Assembly: GCA_021740905.1 (NCBI GenBank)
Contig: JAIOYV010000012.1
Coordinates: forward strand, 25,786 to 89,785
Origin: Bacteroidales bacterium
GTDB lineage: Bacteria > Bacteroidota > Bacteroidia > Bacteroidales > M50B96
Reading direction: 5' to 3'
Length of the DNA: 64,000 nucleotides
Part shown: positions 30,729 through 41,626 of the stretch, in pieces
Position numbering within the stretch: position 1 is the stretch's first letter
How the letters are laid out: each line of letters begins with the position of its first letter
The notes under the pieces: model-generated
Database searches by the model: none
Seen by the model: the letters and a program-made list of their open reading frames with translations, nothing else
What the model was told of the DNA's origin: nothing
Translations under genes and position numbers: made by a program

Positions 30729-32192
30729 TTATTCCTTCACCCACTTCCCGTCCAACAACACTTTTCCCTTGTTCAAAATCTTAAACACATACATGCCGGG
30801 CAAAAGGTTCTGTGTGTTGATGGTGTTTGTACCATTTTGGATAGGGCTTGTGTGGCAAAGGTTTCCACCCATATCGAACAAGCTCAAAGTAGATTTTTCA
30901 GGCACATGTACATCCAACATAAAATAATCGCTGCCGGGGTTGGGGTATATTTTTACTTCCATTGGGCTTTGTGGGGTTTCGGGGTTTGAAAGCAATTGGC
31001 CATTGGGTCCCACTTTTGCCAGGAAAACATTGTATTTCACGGTTGGCTGGTTCAAGTTGTTGGTATTTCCCAAAATCAAGCATGATCCATCGTCTAACAC
31101 TTTCATCGACATCAGCATATAAAAATTGTCACCTCCAATATATTTTTGCCACAGGACATTGAAATTAGGGTCGAGTTTTGTCAGCAATATCCAGGAATGT
31201 TCTATTCCAATCTGGCCAAACGGTAAGTTGAACGTACTTCCTACAAATATTTCATCATTCAGAAGATCCATACAACGAAAAGCCCCAGGAAAGTTAATTG
31301 TGTCGGGTTTGCTAAAAAAATATTCATTAAGCAAAGTACAGCTTGTGTCGATTAGGCTTGGCCCAAATTCCTTGAAGTATCCGGTTGAATTTGTAGGGTT
31401 AAGCCCGGCTACAATAATGGTTGTATCGGAATACCAGTAGGCAGTGGTCTTATTATTAGCTTTTAACTGGCCCACCAATTCAATAAACTCAAAATTATTG
31501 TTTATTTTCACCAGTTCGTTTCCTGACCCATAGCTCAATTGATTCCATTCAGCAATCAGAAAATACCCCGATGTATCCTTTGCCTGAAGGATGTCCCAGG
31601 CAATTTCCCATCCACTTGTTAGGGTGTCGTCCAATATTCTTGCAAAAAGGGAATCTCCATTCTGATTAAATTTGAAAAGGAATTGATTGCTATTACTAAT
31701 AGGATCACCGGTACTCCCATAATATATAATATCGTAATCGTAATTGGTTATGGTTTGACTGATGTTAAGTGTTGAAAGACCAGTGAAGTAGGTATTGTTG
31801 GAAAGGATATTCAGAGCTGTATCCAATTTTACCACCCAAACATCCTCGATATACCATTCCGGGTGATTATTTGTTGAACCGAACCCGAGTAGTGTTCCTT
31901 CGTCGCATTTATGCAAATTAAACATCTTTTGAGTGCCCCAATAAGGATTCGTGTTTGGGATTACGAGCGTTTTTAAGGTATCGCCCAATGAGTTAAGCTT
32001 GTAGATCTTCACCGAATTGGTGGTGTCGTCGTTCAGGCGCAACACCGGGAAATAAATATCCCCATTATCATACACGGTAATTTCACCCGCATGATCATTT
32101 GAATTACTTAGGAATTCTTTATAAAATGAATCTTGGGCAAAACTTGCCCAGGATAATTGCATGAAGATGCAAATTAGAAATAGGTTTTTCAT
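30729..32192 (-). CDS. T9SS type A sorting-domain beta-propeller-like protein
   Basis: Signal peptide, repeats such as DVWVVKLD / WILLTKLD, IYPNP...PGMYV...GKWVKE. Confidence 0.85.
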   Translation of the reverse strand: MKNLFLICIFMQLSWASFAQDSFYKEFLSNSNDHAGEITVYDNGDIYFPVLRLNDDTTNSVKIYKLNSLGDTLKTLVIPNTNPYWGTQKMFNLHKCDEGTLLGFGSTNNHPEWYIEDVWVVKLDTALNILSNNTYFTGLSTLNISQTITNYDYDIIYYGSTGDPISNSNQFLFKFNQNGDSLFARILDDTLTSGWEIAWDILQAKDTSGYFLIAEWNQLSYGSGNELVKINNNFEFIELVGQLKANNKTTAYWYSDTTIIVAGLNPTNSTGYFKEFGPSLIDTSCTLLNEYFFSKPDTINFPGAFRCMDLLNDEIFVGSTFNLPFGQIGIEHSWILLTKLDPNFNVLWQKYIGGDNFYMLMSMKVLDDGSCLILGNTNNLNQPTVKYNVFLAKVGPNGQLLSNPETPQSPMEVKIYPNPGSDYFMLDVHVPEKSTLSLFDMGGNLCHTSPIQNGTNTINTQNLLPGMYVFKILNKGKVLLDGKWVKE

Positions 32193-32336
32193 GGTTTAGT
32201 TTTTTTGGTATGATTAATTAAACGCAGTGAAAGTTTGATTTAGTGTATCCAATATTTCCAGAACATTTCATTCTAATTTTTGTATTTCAGATGACAGATT
32301 ATTAAAACGAAAAGTTGAACTAAATTTCAAACAACA

Positions 32337-34355
32337 ATGCCACAAAAACATACAAACCGTCTTATACACGAAACCAGCCCTTACTTGTTGCAACATGCCC
32401 ACAACCCGGTCGATTGGTTTCCGTGGGGCGATGAAGCCCTTGAAAAAGCAAAGGCTGAAAACAAGCTCATCCTGGTAAGCATCGGCTATTCGGCCTGCCA
32501 CTGGTGTCATGTGATGGAGCACGAATCCTTCGAGAACGAAGAAATTGCGGAGGTGATGAACAAAGCTTATGTGAGCATCAAAGTAGATCGTGAAGAACGC
32601 CCCGATATCGACCAAATTTACATGGAGGCCATCCAGTTGATGACCGGCTCGGGTGGCTGGCCGCTGAATTGTTTCCTCTTGCCCGATGGCCGTCCTGTTT
32701 ATGGCGGCACCTATTTTCGCCCGGGCGAATGGAGGAATGTCCTCGAAAGCCTCAACCGGACTTATCAAAGCGAACCTCACCGGGTTGTAGAATATGCCCA
32801 AAAGTTGGAGCAGGGGATGAACCGGGGCGACCTTTTTTCAAATGCAAAAACAAACGAATTTAAACAATCCTTTTTGACTGGTTTGGTTTCCTCATGGAAA
32901 AACAGCTTTGATAAAGAGGATGGGGGAAACGGCTCCGCCCCAAAATTCCCCATGCCCAATTCCCTGCAATTTCTGTTGAGGCATTATTATCATACCAAAG
33001 ATAAAGAGGTGTTGCAACACATCAACCTCACCCTTACAAAAATGGCCGAAGGTGGAATTTATGATCAGCTTAGTGGTGGCTTTGCCCGTTATTCGGTCGA
33101 TGCCCAATGGAAGGTGCCCCACTTCGAAAAAATGCTGTACGACAATGCACAATTGGTTAGCCTGTATTCCGAAGCTTTTCAACTTACCAAATACCCGCTT
33201 TACAAGGAGGTGGTCTACGACACACTGGCCTTTGTGGAACGGGAACTGACCTCGCCCGAAGGAGGCTTTTATTGCGCTCTCGATGCCGATAGCGAAGGCG
33301 TAGAAGGCAAATTCTATGTATGGGAGAAAGATGAAATAGAAACTGTATTGGGAGCGGATGCCCCACTATTTATCGATTATTTCAGGATTGGAAAAGAGGG
33401 AAGCTGGGAAGGAAAAAACATCCTTCTCGTGAAAGAAAAGCAGGATGTGTTTGCCTTTCGCCATAACCTTAGTGAAGAAGCGTGGCGAAGCAAACTTCAA
33501 CAGATGAAACAAAAACTGATGATCGAAAGGGACAAACGCATCAGACCTGGGCTTGATGATAAAATCCTGACTTCGTGGAATGCTTTGATGATAAAAGGTT
33601 ATGTTGATGCATACCGGGCCTTTGGCGAAAAATCCTTTCTCGATGCCGCTATCAAAAATGCCAATCACATCCTCCACAATTGCATGAAAGAAAACGGCCA
33701 GCTTTTCCGAAGTTACAAAAACGGGGATGCCCGGATCAGTGCTTTCCTCGATGATTATTCACTCACCATTGAAGCCATGTTTAGTCTATTTCAGGGCACT
33801 TTATACGAGAGCTGGTTGCTTCAGGCAAAAAGACTTACTGAATATGTAATGGCTCATTTCTATGATGAAAAATCGGGGATGTTCTTTTATACTTCCGATG
33901 AGGACCCCAAGCTGATAAACCGCAAAATGGAATTGTCGGACAATGTGATCCCTGCTTCCAATTCGAGCATGGCAAAAGCCTTATCCCTGGCCTCCTTTTA
34001 TTTTGAGAATGAAAAGTACGGGGATATGTCGCGGATGATGCTCTCGAACATGCTCCCTCAAATCGAGCACGATGCCCGCTATTACAGCAATTGGTGCAGC
34101 CTGATGTATGGATATGTAAAAGGAGTAAATGAGGTAGTTATCTGTGGAGAGAAAGCAAATGAGTTCCTCAATCAGTTCAATCAACACTTCTTGCCCAATG
34201 CAATTTTTGCAGGCACCAGCACCGGATCGGGAATGAGTATTTTTGAAGGCCGTTTTGTATCAGGGGAAACTACTATTTATGTGTGCCAGGACAGGGTTTG
34301 CAAACTACCGGTAAAGGAAGTGGATGTGGCAATTAAGCAGATTATAGAAAACTAA
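32337..34355 (+). CDS. yyaL: YyaL/SSP411 thioredoxin-domain protein (DUF255)
   Basis: [48 protein letters not shown]. Confidence 0.95.
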   Translation: MPQKHTNRLIHETSPYLLQHAHNPVDWFPWGDEALEKAKAENKLILVSIGYSACHWCHVMEHESFENEEIAEVMNKAYVSIKVDREERPDIDQIYMEAIQLMTGSGGWPLNCFLLPDGRPVYGGTYFRPGEWRNVLESLNRTYQSEPHRVVEYAQKLEQGMNRGDLFSNAKTNEFKQSFLTGLVSSWKNSFDKEDGGNGSAPKFPMPNSLQFLLRHYYHTKDKEVLQHINLTLTKMAEGGIYDQLSGGFARYSVDAQWKVPHFEKMLYDNAQLVSLYSEAFQLTKYPLYKEVVYDTLAFVERELTSPEGGFYCALDADSEGVEGKFYVWEKDEIETVLGADAPLFIDYFRIGKEGSWEGKNILLVKEKQDVFAFRHNLSEEAWRSKLQQMKQKLMIERDKRIRPGLDDKILTSWNALMIKGYVDAYRAFGEKSFLDAAIKNANHILHNCMKENGQLFRSYKNGDARISAFLDDYSLTIEAMFSLFQGTLYESWLLQAKRLTEYVMAHFYDEKSGMFFYTSDEDPKLINRKMELSDNVIPASNSSMAKALSLASFYFENEKYGDMSRMMLSNMLPQIEHDARYYSNWCSLMYGYVKGVNEVVICGEKANEFLNQFNQHFLPNAIFAGTSTGSGMSIFEGRFVSGETTIYVCQDRVCKLPVKEVDVAIKQIIEN

Positions 34356-34464
34356 CCGCTTCTGAACGAGAAAAAAATCTCAAACCCCACCGGGTCTAAC
34401 TACCTTATATTTTGTACCTTTGACAAATTGTTGATCGGTGCACAAAGAAAAATACTAAAAACCG

Positions 34465-34490
34465 TGCAACCTTTTTCAATCTTATTGTCT
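34465..34490 (+). promoter_or_regulatory. Candidate autoregulatory ECF promoter
   Basis: tgcaacc-N14-tgtct directly upstream of the ECF sigma gene, resembling AAC -35 / GTC -10 ECF promoters. Confidence 0.45.
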
Positions 34491-34507
34491 ACAATTTACG
34501 GATTGCT

Positions 34508-35146
34508 ATGTTTGACCTAAATGCAACAATAAAGGGGGTAATGAAACGACAAGCTAAGGCCCAAAAGGAGCTTTATCAGCGTTATGCCCCTCTTATGAGA
34601 GCAATTTGCATGAGGTACACACATGATTTCCAGGAGGCTGAAGACATGGTTCAGGAGGGATTTATTAAGGTTTTTACGAAAATTGACCAGTATGCAGGAA
34701 CCGGGAATTTTGAGGGTTGGTTGAAAAAAGTGTTTATCAATACAACGATAAACCATATCAAGAAGAATAAAAACTTGCTTTTTCATTACGATATTAGCGA
34801 GGTACATTATACCGAAGATGCTGTGACGGAATCGAACGAGGATTATTTTTCGACCAAGACAAACATTTTAGATGTCGATTTTTCGGAGGAAGAAATTTTA
34901 AAGATCATAAATAAATTGCCCGATGGCTATCGTGTGGTTTTCAACCTCTATGCTGTAGAACAGATGAACCATAAGGAAATATCGGATATGCTGAATATCT
35001 CCATTTCCACATCGAAGTCGCAGTTGTTCAGGGCACGGAAAACCATTCAGAAGTGCCTGATCGAATTGGCAGAGATGAAGGTGGAGCACCGGAGGCAAAG
35101 AGAGGATAAGCAAAGGAAAAAATCGCCTTTGCGATTGATTGTTTGA
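34508..35146 (+). CDS. ECF sigma-70 factor
   Basis: EAEDMVQEGFIKVF, FEGWLKKVFIN, LPDGYRVVFNLYAVE, STSKSQLFRAR. Confidence 0.93.
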   Translation: MFDLNATIKGVMKRQAKAQKELYQRYAPLMRAICMRYTHDFQEAEDMVQEGFIKVFTKIDQYAGTGNFEGWLKKVFINTTINHIKKNKNLLFHYDISEVHYTEDAVTESNEDYFSTKTNILDVDFSEEEILKIINKLPDGYRVVFNLYAVEQMNHKEISDMLNISISTSKSQLFRARKTIQKCLIELAEMKVEHRRQREDKQRKKSPLRLIV

Positions 35147-35178
35147 GAGAAAAGGAGTAATGATTAAGAAAGTCAACA

Positions 35179-36930
35179 ATGGCAGATGAATTAAATTATA
35201 TAGACAAAATTGTCCGCGACAAGGTGGCGAACCACGCCGTTGAATCGTCGCTGAACAATTGGGCGCATATCCAGAGGGCAGCCTTCTGGAAGAACTTTTT
35301 TACGTTTCGCATATTTAGCGTCAATGCCTACTATGCTGTGGCGATTGTAATGATAGGCATTGGAAGCTTGAGCTATTTTATTGAGCCTGCTTCGAATGTT
35401 GCACAATTCAACCAAAACGATCAGCTAGTTGCTGAAACCAATCCATCCGTTGAACTAAATCCGAATAATGAAGCCGCAAACCGAAATACCCCCATAGCCC
35501 AAATAGAATTGACTAGCAAAAGCCCAATCATTGATTCAAAAGCAAAAGATTATCAAATTGATTATAAGGCCGAACTTGCCAAACCAAACCCAAGCGACAT
35601 CGCGAAGCTATCAAAAATAGAGATCCCATCATCCACTGAACCAATAGCGTTGGATAGGAAAACGGAAATCCAGAATAAAAATGCTAGCTTAACTGATGTT
35701 GTTCATCCAGATGAAATCTCTGAAACACCCTCACCGAAATTGGAAAAAGAAGGCCATGCAGATGCCGCATCCTTAATCGCAAGTAATGTTACAGAAGAAA
35801 AAACAGGAGTACTTGTAGATGTTGAAAGCCCTACTATTGTTGATGAAAAACTGGACTCTGAAAATCAAGAAGAGGCTTCACTATTGCCTGTCGATTTTAT
35901 TTCAGAAGAAAATACAATTGAGGAAGAGGAAACCATTGAGCCTTCACTTGAAGAAAACCTGGCACCTGAAAGCCCAGCCAATTTGGAAGATGCCTTTGTA
36001 TTAGCCGAGCAAGCTTCGTTGATAGGCGACTTGAACTATATGCCGCTTAGGTCGCTGGTTTATTCTAATTCAATGGCCTTCGATCCTGCGTACCGTTTGC
36101 TGTATTCCGATACCTTCGATTACTATGTGCCGCCTGCCGAACGATATTTATGGCGTCTGGGTGTTTTTTATGCCCCAATCTATTCGACACCTCAAAACTA
36201 CGCATCAAACCCGGAGGTGGTAGATGTGATCCGGCAGAAAGAAAAAATTGAAAAACCGGCAATGACTTTTTCCACAGGGGTTTCGTTGCAATATCAAGGA
36301 AGAAAGCGCATTGGTTTCCAAACAGGGGTCGGTGTGACTCAATTGGGCGATTTATTTTCGCGGGGCGAGTATTCTGACATTACTCCATACAGCTATCCAA
36401 AATATCCTGAAGGAGGCTATAATGAAATTGATACCATATTATTCTTCAACCTTGATTCTTTGCTTCAGGGAGTTGAATACATCGATACTATTTTTGATCC
36501 CCAGTGGGTGGAAGACAATACAATGATTGAAGGTGCAGATACTACAAAATACAAGGGGGCAAAGGTACAAAACAGGTTTACTTACATTGAGGTCCCATTC
36601 CTTTTTAGTTACAATATTCCCGGGCCACGCCTTAGCTACACGTTAAAATTGGGGATGGCTGCCGGCTTCCTAATCCAGGCCGATGGCAAAAAGTTAAACA
36701 CCGAAAATGAATTCGAGATTGTCGATTTTGAGTATGATTCACCAAAGTACCGTAAGGTGAACTATTCAGTTTTGGCCGGAGTAGATTTTAATTACAGGTT
36801 TCATCAACGCTTTAGTTTTACCACAGGATTTATGTACCGGCGCAACCTGTTTGATGTGTATGAGAATTATCCGTATGGCCTGAAATATACTTCGACCCAG
36901 GTTACCTTTGGAATACAGTATTATCTTTAG
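35179..36930 (+). CDS. Probable dual-membrane-spanning anti-sigma factor (TM + disordered linker + outer-membrane beta-barrel)
   Basis: Short N-domain with conserved-type W, one TM helix, about 230 aa acidic/Pro-rich linker, barrel with YIEVPFLFSY and terminal FGIQYYL. Confidence 0.7.
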   Translation: MADELNYIDKIVRDKVANHAVESSLNNWAHIQRAAFWKNFFTFRIFSVNAYYAVAIVMIGIGSLSYFIEPASNVAQFNQNDQLVAETNPSVELNPNNEAANRNTPIAQIELTSKSPIIDSKAKDYQIDYKAELAKPNPSDIAKLSKIEIPSSTEPIALDRKTEIQNKNASLTDVVHPDEISETPSPKLEKEGHADAASLIASNVTEEKTGVLVDVESPTIVDEKLDSENQEEASLLPVDFISEENTIEEEETIEPSLEENLAPESPANLEDAFVLAEQASLIGDLNYMPLRSLVYSNSMAFDPAYRLLYSDTFDYYVPPAERYLWRLGVFYAPIYSTPQNYASNPEVVDVIRQKEKIEKPAMTFSTGVSLQYQGRKRIGFQTGVGVTQLGDLFSRGEYSDITPYSYPKYPEGGYNEIDTILFFNLDSLLQGVEYIDTIFDPQWVEDNTMIEGADTTKYKGAKVQNRFTYIEVPFLFSYNIPGPRLSYTLKLGMAAGFLIQADGKKLNTENEFEIVDFEYDSPKYRKVNYSVLAGVDFNYRFHQRFSFTTGFMYRRNLFDVYENYPYGLKYTSTQVTFGIQYYL

Positions 36931-36945
36931 TATGTATCACTACGA

Positions 36946-36989
36946 CACATAGCGTATGCCGCATAGCGTACTGCATACCGTATGCCGCA
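36946..36989. repeat. 7-mer-type tandem repeat (GCATAGC/GTATGCC)
   Basis: acatagcgtatgccgcatagcgtactgcataccgtatgccgca shortly after a stop codon. Confidence 0.7.
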
Positions 36990-37045
36990 AATCACCACAA
37001 TAAATAGTGGTGCTATCTCAACCGAAAAAATAAAAATATATATTT

Positions 37046-37315
37046 CTATTTAGGTTGATAACCCGGTAATTCCCTGTGCGAGTGATCGCAAAACGGAAGG
37101 GTCTTGCTCATCCGGCAGTCGCACCATTTCACTTCCTGTTTAATGTGGATTTTTGTTGGGATGGGTTTAAAGTTTGTGCCTTCATTATGCGAACTATCGC
37201 AAAACGGGTTGTTGTTCGTGCGTCCACAGGAGCAGTAATAATATTCCCCTGGCTCCATTAACAGGCGCAATGAATGAAGCCCCCTTATTTTTGGTTTTGT
37301 GTTGTCTTCCATCAT
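37046..37315 (-). CDS. Two-domain CDGSH iron-sulfur protein
   Basis: CSCGRT...PFCDSSH and CDCRMS..LPFCDHSH. Confidence 0.88.
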   Translation of the reverse strand: MMEDNTKPKIRGLHSLRLLMEPGEYYYCSCGRTNNNPFCDSSHNEGTNFKPIPTKIHIKQEVKWCDCRMSKTLPFCDHSHRELPGYQPK

Positions 37316-37421
37316 AATATAGTTTTTTATTTTCAGTTTCTTTTATTATTTTCTTCAAATTGTGTCAGCGAGTATGTTATTTTAAGCTCTTCGTTTACCG
37401 AAAACTTAGAATTCCCTCAAC

Positions 37422-39359
37422 TCAAGGCTCTACCCACTTTCCATTTTCCTTTATTAGTTGCACCAAGGCTTCGACGGCTTCCGATTCGGGAATATTTTTC
37501 CGGATAAGCTCTTTGTTCCGATAAAGGGAAATTTGACCAGGCCCGGCACCTACATAGCCAAAATCGGCATCGGCCATTTCGCCTGGCCCGTTTACAATGC
37601 AGCCCATTACACCAATTTTCAAGCCTTTCAGATGGGTTGTGCGTTCGCGGATTTTCCGGGTTGTTTCCTGCAAAGCGAAAAGGGTACGGCCACAACCTGG
37701 GCAGGAGATGTATTCGGTTTTTGAAATTCGCAAACGGCTGGCTTGTAAAATACCAAAAGCTGTGGCTATGCTTGGTTGATGTGAAATTGCTGCACTGGAC
37801 TGCAATAGGATTCCATCCACAAAGCCATCGATGCACAAAGGGCCAAAATCGCATGATGCTTTTAGTTGGAAATCTTCGATGTCAGAATCATTATATGAAT
37901 GAAATGGAATCATCGGAGCCTGACATTCCGAATTGATCAATGTAAAAACAATCGCCCGTTGCTCGCCAATCCAATTTCGACTTTCCGAGCCAGCCAATAC
38001 AACCACCTTGTCATCAGCTTTTATTTGTTCAATGAGATTCCTGTTTAGATCTGAATAATTGATCCGAAGGAAAATAATATTGGCCTGTATATTTTTCTCC
38101 TGTTGAAATTCAGTGGCAGAGAGAACAGGAAAGCAATTTTTTGTTCCCGGATAATTCGCCTTCCAATTTTCAAAATCGAATAGGAAACCTACATTTAATG
38201 AAGGCGCAAGACTGAATGCGCGACCCCCAAAATAATAATAATCGGGCCGTTGGTCGCCCATATTTAAACTAGTGATTATTTGCTCCGTTTCTTCGCCACC
38301 CAGCTTCGATAGGCTGAAATTTGAAATTACCACCGGGACTTTATTTCCCCCTATATTGGCCACTTGCAATGTTGCGCTTCGATTACATTCAAAAGGATTA
38401 AATCCAGATATGGATGGGGTTTCACTAAGCTGAATTCCTTTTCTTAGGTTGATGTAATCCACAATTTTCCGGGCTATGGGAATCTCCTTTTCCGGGGCTT
38501 CGGTAAGCGAAACCCTTATGGTATCGCCTATCCCATCGACCAAAAGAGTGGCAATCCCAACGGCCGATTTTATACGCCCGTCTTCCCCTTCGCCGGCTTC
38601 GGTAACGCCCAGATGAATGGGGTAGTTGAAACCTTCTTCTTGCATTTGTTTTACCAATAGCCGGTTGGCATGTACCATCACACCTACATTCGACGATTTT
38701 AAGGAAAGCACAATATCATGGAAATTTTCACGGGCAAAAATCCGCAGGAATTCAAGGGTTGATTCAACCATTCCTTTCGGCGTATCGCCATATCGGGCCA
38801 AAATACGGTTCGACAGCGACCCGTGGTTGGTGCCAATACGAATTGCCGTTGCGGTGTTTTTGCATTGCTGGATGAGCGGGCGTAGGTTGTGATAGATTTT
38901 ATCAAGTTCGGCGGAATATTCAACATCGTTGAAATCGCCTCGGTTGCTTGCGTTCTTGTCGATATAGTTGCCCGGGTTGATCCGCACTTTTTCGACATAT
39001 TGGGCAGCCATCTCTGCGGCATTGGGGCTGTAGTGAATGTCGGCCACCAAGGGACCGGAGTAGCCCTGCCTGTGTAATTCAGCACGGATTAGGGAAAGGT
39101 TTTTTGCATCGCGGATAGCAGGGGCGGTAATCCGCACCAAGTCGGCCCCTGCATCGAAAATCCGCTTGCTTTGTTCAACTGTCGCAAGGGTGTCCATTGT
39201 ATTTGTATCGGTCATCGACTGAATGCGGATAGGAGAATTCCCTCCAAGTTTTAAAGTCCCAATCAAGACCTCCCGGCTTTCAATCCTTGCGTAATTGAAG
39301 ATGTCATTACAATATTTAGATGGCAAACCTTTTTTCATTGAGATTTTAATTTCATACAA
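37422..39359 (-). CDS. ispG: HMBPP synthase IspG, long three-domain form
   Basis: IRIQSMT, VADIHY, RINPGN, RIGTNHGSLS, HLGVTEAG, SCPGCGR, VMGCIVNGPGE. Confidence 0.96.
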   Translation of the reverse strand: MYEIKISMKKGLPSKYCNDIFNYARIESREVLIGTLKLGGNSPIRIQSMTDTNTMDTLATVEQSKRIFDAGADLVRITAPAIRDAKNLSLIRAELHRQGYSGPLVADIHYSPNAAEMAAQYVEKVRINPGNYIDKNASNRGDFNDVEYSAELDKIYHNLRPLIQQCKNTATAIRIGTNHGSLSNRILARYGDTPKGMVESTLEFLRIFARENFHDIVLSLKSSNVGVMVHANRLLVKQMQEEGFNYPIHLGVTEAGEGEDGRIKSAVGIATLLVDGIGDTIRVSLTEAPEKEIPIARKIVDYINLRKGIQLSETPSISGFNPFECNRSATLQVANIGGNKVPVVISNFSLSKLGGEETEQIITSLNMGDQRPDYYYFGGRAFSLAPSLNVGFLFDFENWKANYPGTKNCFPVLSATEFQQEKNIQANIIFLRINYSDLNRNLIEQIKADDKVVVLAGSESRNWIGEQRAIVFTLINSECQAPMIPFHSYNDSDIEDFQLKASCDFGPLCIDGFVDGILLQSSAAISHQPSIATAFGILQASRLRISKTEYISCPGCGRTLFALQETTRKIRERTTHLKGLKIGVMGCIVNGPGEMADADFGYVGAGPGQISLYRNKELIRKNIPESEAVEALVQLIKENGKWVEP

Positions 39360-39541
39360 AATAATGAAAATGAATTGAAATAAGATACAGTTTTATGATA
39401 ATGCAAAAGCATGTTTGCATTATCAAGGGTTGTATCTTTATATTGATATATTTGCATATAAGAAAAACAAAAATAAGATTTTGAACCAAATATGATCTTT
39501 GTCTGTTATGATTCAATTTAATACAAATATAATTCGGATCA

Positions 39542-39574
39542 TTTATTTTAATCATTCTAAACTGATTCTAAATA
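39542..39574 (+). promoter_or_regulatory. Possible Fur/PerR-like operator upstream of sqr
   Basis: ATTCTAAA twice at 11-bp spacing (39554 and 39565). Confidence 0.35.
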
Positions 39575-39599
39575 GCATACGAAGTAAAATATCAAAAAT

Positions 39600-41057
39600 A
39601 TGGCAAAAATTGTAGTTTTAGGAGCAGGGATTTCGGGCCACACCGCTGCTGCCTTTATCAAAAAGAAGTTGGGGAAAAACCACGAGGTTGTGGTTGTTTC
39701 GCCGAATAGTTATTACCAGTGGATACCCTCGAATATTTGGGTTGGCGTGGGTCGGATGAACATCGATCAGGTTCGCTTTAAACTGAAAAAAGTGTATGAT
39801 AAATGGAAAATTGTCTACAAGCAAGCCAAGGCAGTTTCAATCCACCCCGAAGGAAATGCTGAAATAAACAAGGGCTTTGTTTCGATTGAATACACCGACT
39901 CCGAGCGCAAAGGGGAAACAGAAAAAATCGATTACGACTACCTTGTGAATGCCACCGGGCCAAAGTTGAATTTTGGGGCAACCCCAGGCTTAGGCCCCGA
40001 CAAGAATACAGTTTCGGTATGTTCTTACGATCATGCTGCACATGCCTGGGAAAAACTTCAGGAATCTTTTACAAAGATGGAAGCCGGAGAAAAGCAACGG
40101 TTCCTGATCGGCACAGGGCATCCAATGGCTACCTGCCAGGGTGCAGCTTTTGAATATATCTTAAATGTTGCTTACGAAATCAGGGCTAGAAAACTCGAAC
40201 GTCTGGCCGAACTCACCTGGATCTCGAACGAATACGAACTGGGTGATTTTGGGATGGGCGGTGCTTTTATTAAAAAGGGCGGTTATATCACTTCCACCAA
40301 AGTATTCACCGAGTCGTTTATGGCCGAAAATGGGATTCGCTGGATCAAAAGAGCTGGCGTGAAGAATGTAAACCCCGGCGAGGCCTTTTACGAAACTTTG
40401 GATGGTGAGGAGAATTCAATCAAATTCGATTTTGCCATGTTGATCCCCGGTTTCGCTGGGGCCGGAATGAAAGCCTTCAACAAAAACAATGAAGACATTA
40501 CCTCGGATGTATTTGCCCCCAATGGTTTCACCAAAGTAGATGCTGATTATACTGCAAAACCTTTCGAAGAATGGAGTGCTGCGGACTGGCCCGAAACTTA
40601 TCGCAGCCCCAAATACCCCAATATTTTTGCACCAGGGATTGCTTTTGCACCACCCCACTCCATATCCAAGCCCATGAAAAGCAAAAACGGGACGGCTATT
40701 TTTCCAGCCCCTCCACGTACTGGAATGCCATCGGGGGTATCGGGAAAAGTGGTTGCCCTTAACATTGTGAACCTGGTAAAATACGGAGAGCATAATTTGA
40801 AACACCGGGCTTCGATGGCGAAAATGGGAGCAGCTTGCATTGTATCGGCAGGCTATGGGATGACTAAAGGGGCAGCGGCTACCATGACCGTATTTCCCAT
40901 TGTCCAGGATTGGGACAAATACCCCGAATGGGGCCGGAGCACCAAATATACAATGGGAGAACCCGGATTGGCCGGGCATTGGCTAAAGTGGATGATGCAC
41001 TATATGTTCTTGCACAAGGCGAAGGGGTATCCTCTCTGGTGGCTATTGCCAGAGTAA
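39600..41057 (+). CDS. sqr: Sulfide:quinone oxidoreductase-like flavoprotein
   Basis: GAGISG FAD fold, WIPSNIWV, TCQGAAFEY, PPRTGMPS, AACIV, amphipathic C-terminus. Confidence 0.8.
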   Translation: MAKIVVLGAGISGHTAAAFIKKKLGKNHEVVVVSPNSYYQWIPSNIWVGVGRMNIDQVRFKLKKVYDKWKIVYKQAKAVSIHPEGNAEINKGFVSIEYTDSERKGETEKIDYDYLVNATGPKLNFGATPGLGPDKNTVSVCSYDHAAHAWEKLQESFTKMEAGEKQRFLIGTGHPMATCQGAAFEYILNVAYEIRARKLERLAELTWISNEYELGDFGMGGAFIKKGGYITSTKVFTESFMAENGIRWIKRAGVKNVNPGEAFYETLDGEENSIKFDFAMLIPGFAGAGMKAFNKNNEDITSDVFAPNGFTKVDADYTAKPFEEWSAADWPETYRSPKYPNIFAPGIAFAPPHSISKPMKSKNGTAIFPAPPRTGMPSGVSGKVVALNIVNLVKYGEHNLKHRASMAKMGAACIVSAGYGMTKGAAATMTVFPIVQDWDKYPEWGRSTKYTMGEPGLAGHWLKWMMHYMFLHKAKGYPLWWLLPE

Positions 41058-41226
41058 CGCTTGCTCTTGAAGCTTTTTTATCAAGCAATGAAGTGGACTA
41101 ACAATAATGAAGAATAATAAGATACTGAAACCAAAGCTGTCAATAAAGTTCAAAGATCAAGGCTTTCAAATTTTTTAAGACTCGATTTTACTTTGCGTAA
41201 CTGAGTGGCTTAAAAAATTTGAGTAA

Positions 41227-41260
41227 CCTGCCTATACCGAAGCGGCTTCGCGCAGGCAGG
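41227..41260. repeat. GC-rich REP-like palindrome
   Basis: cctgcct-atac-cgaagc-g-gcttcg-cgc-aggcagg; related cctccgaagct...ggagg at 57896-57919. Confidence 0.55.
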
Positions 41261-41626
41261 CGCAAATATTTGGATTTTTGTGATTGCGTAATCAGAAAGA
41301 AAAATGGAAAAACCAAGAAGAAGAGGCTATTATGAGGAAGCATATCCTCCCATGCCCACAAGATGGACAAGATTTTGGCGGAAAGAAGTTTTCTGGCAAA
41401 CCTCAAGGTTCTTTGTGCTGAATTTTAAAATAATCAGGATAGTGGTATTGGGGCACTCGTAAGAGAATGCGGTTTTACGAATTGAGTTTCGGTAGTTCAT
41501 TTTGCAAAATAATAGGATTGGATTTAACTGCCGTGAAATGCAATTTACATGGTACATTGTTCTAGGTAATTTCAAAACCTTAAATTGATAAGGTGGATTT
41601 TGTCTATCACTCGAAAGGGATTAGCA

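Noticed and set aside
41188-41575. Two short minus-strand ORFs downstream of sqr
   Set aside because: Non-ATG starts, overlap with a palindrome and no motif support.
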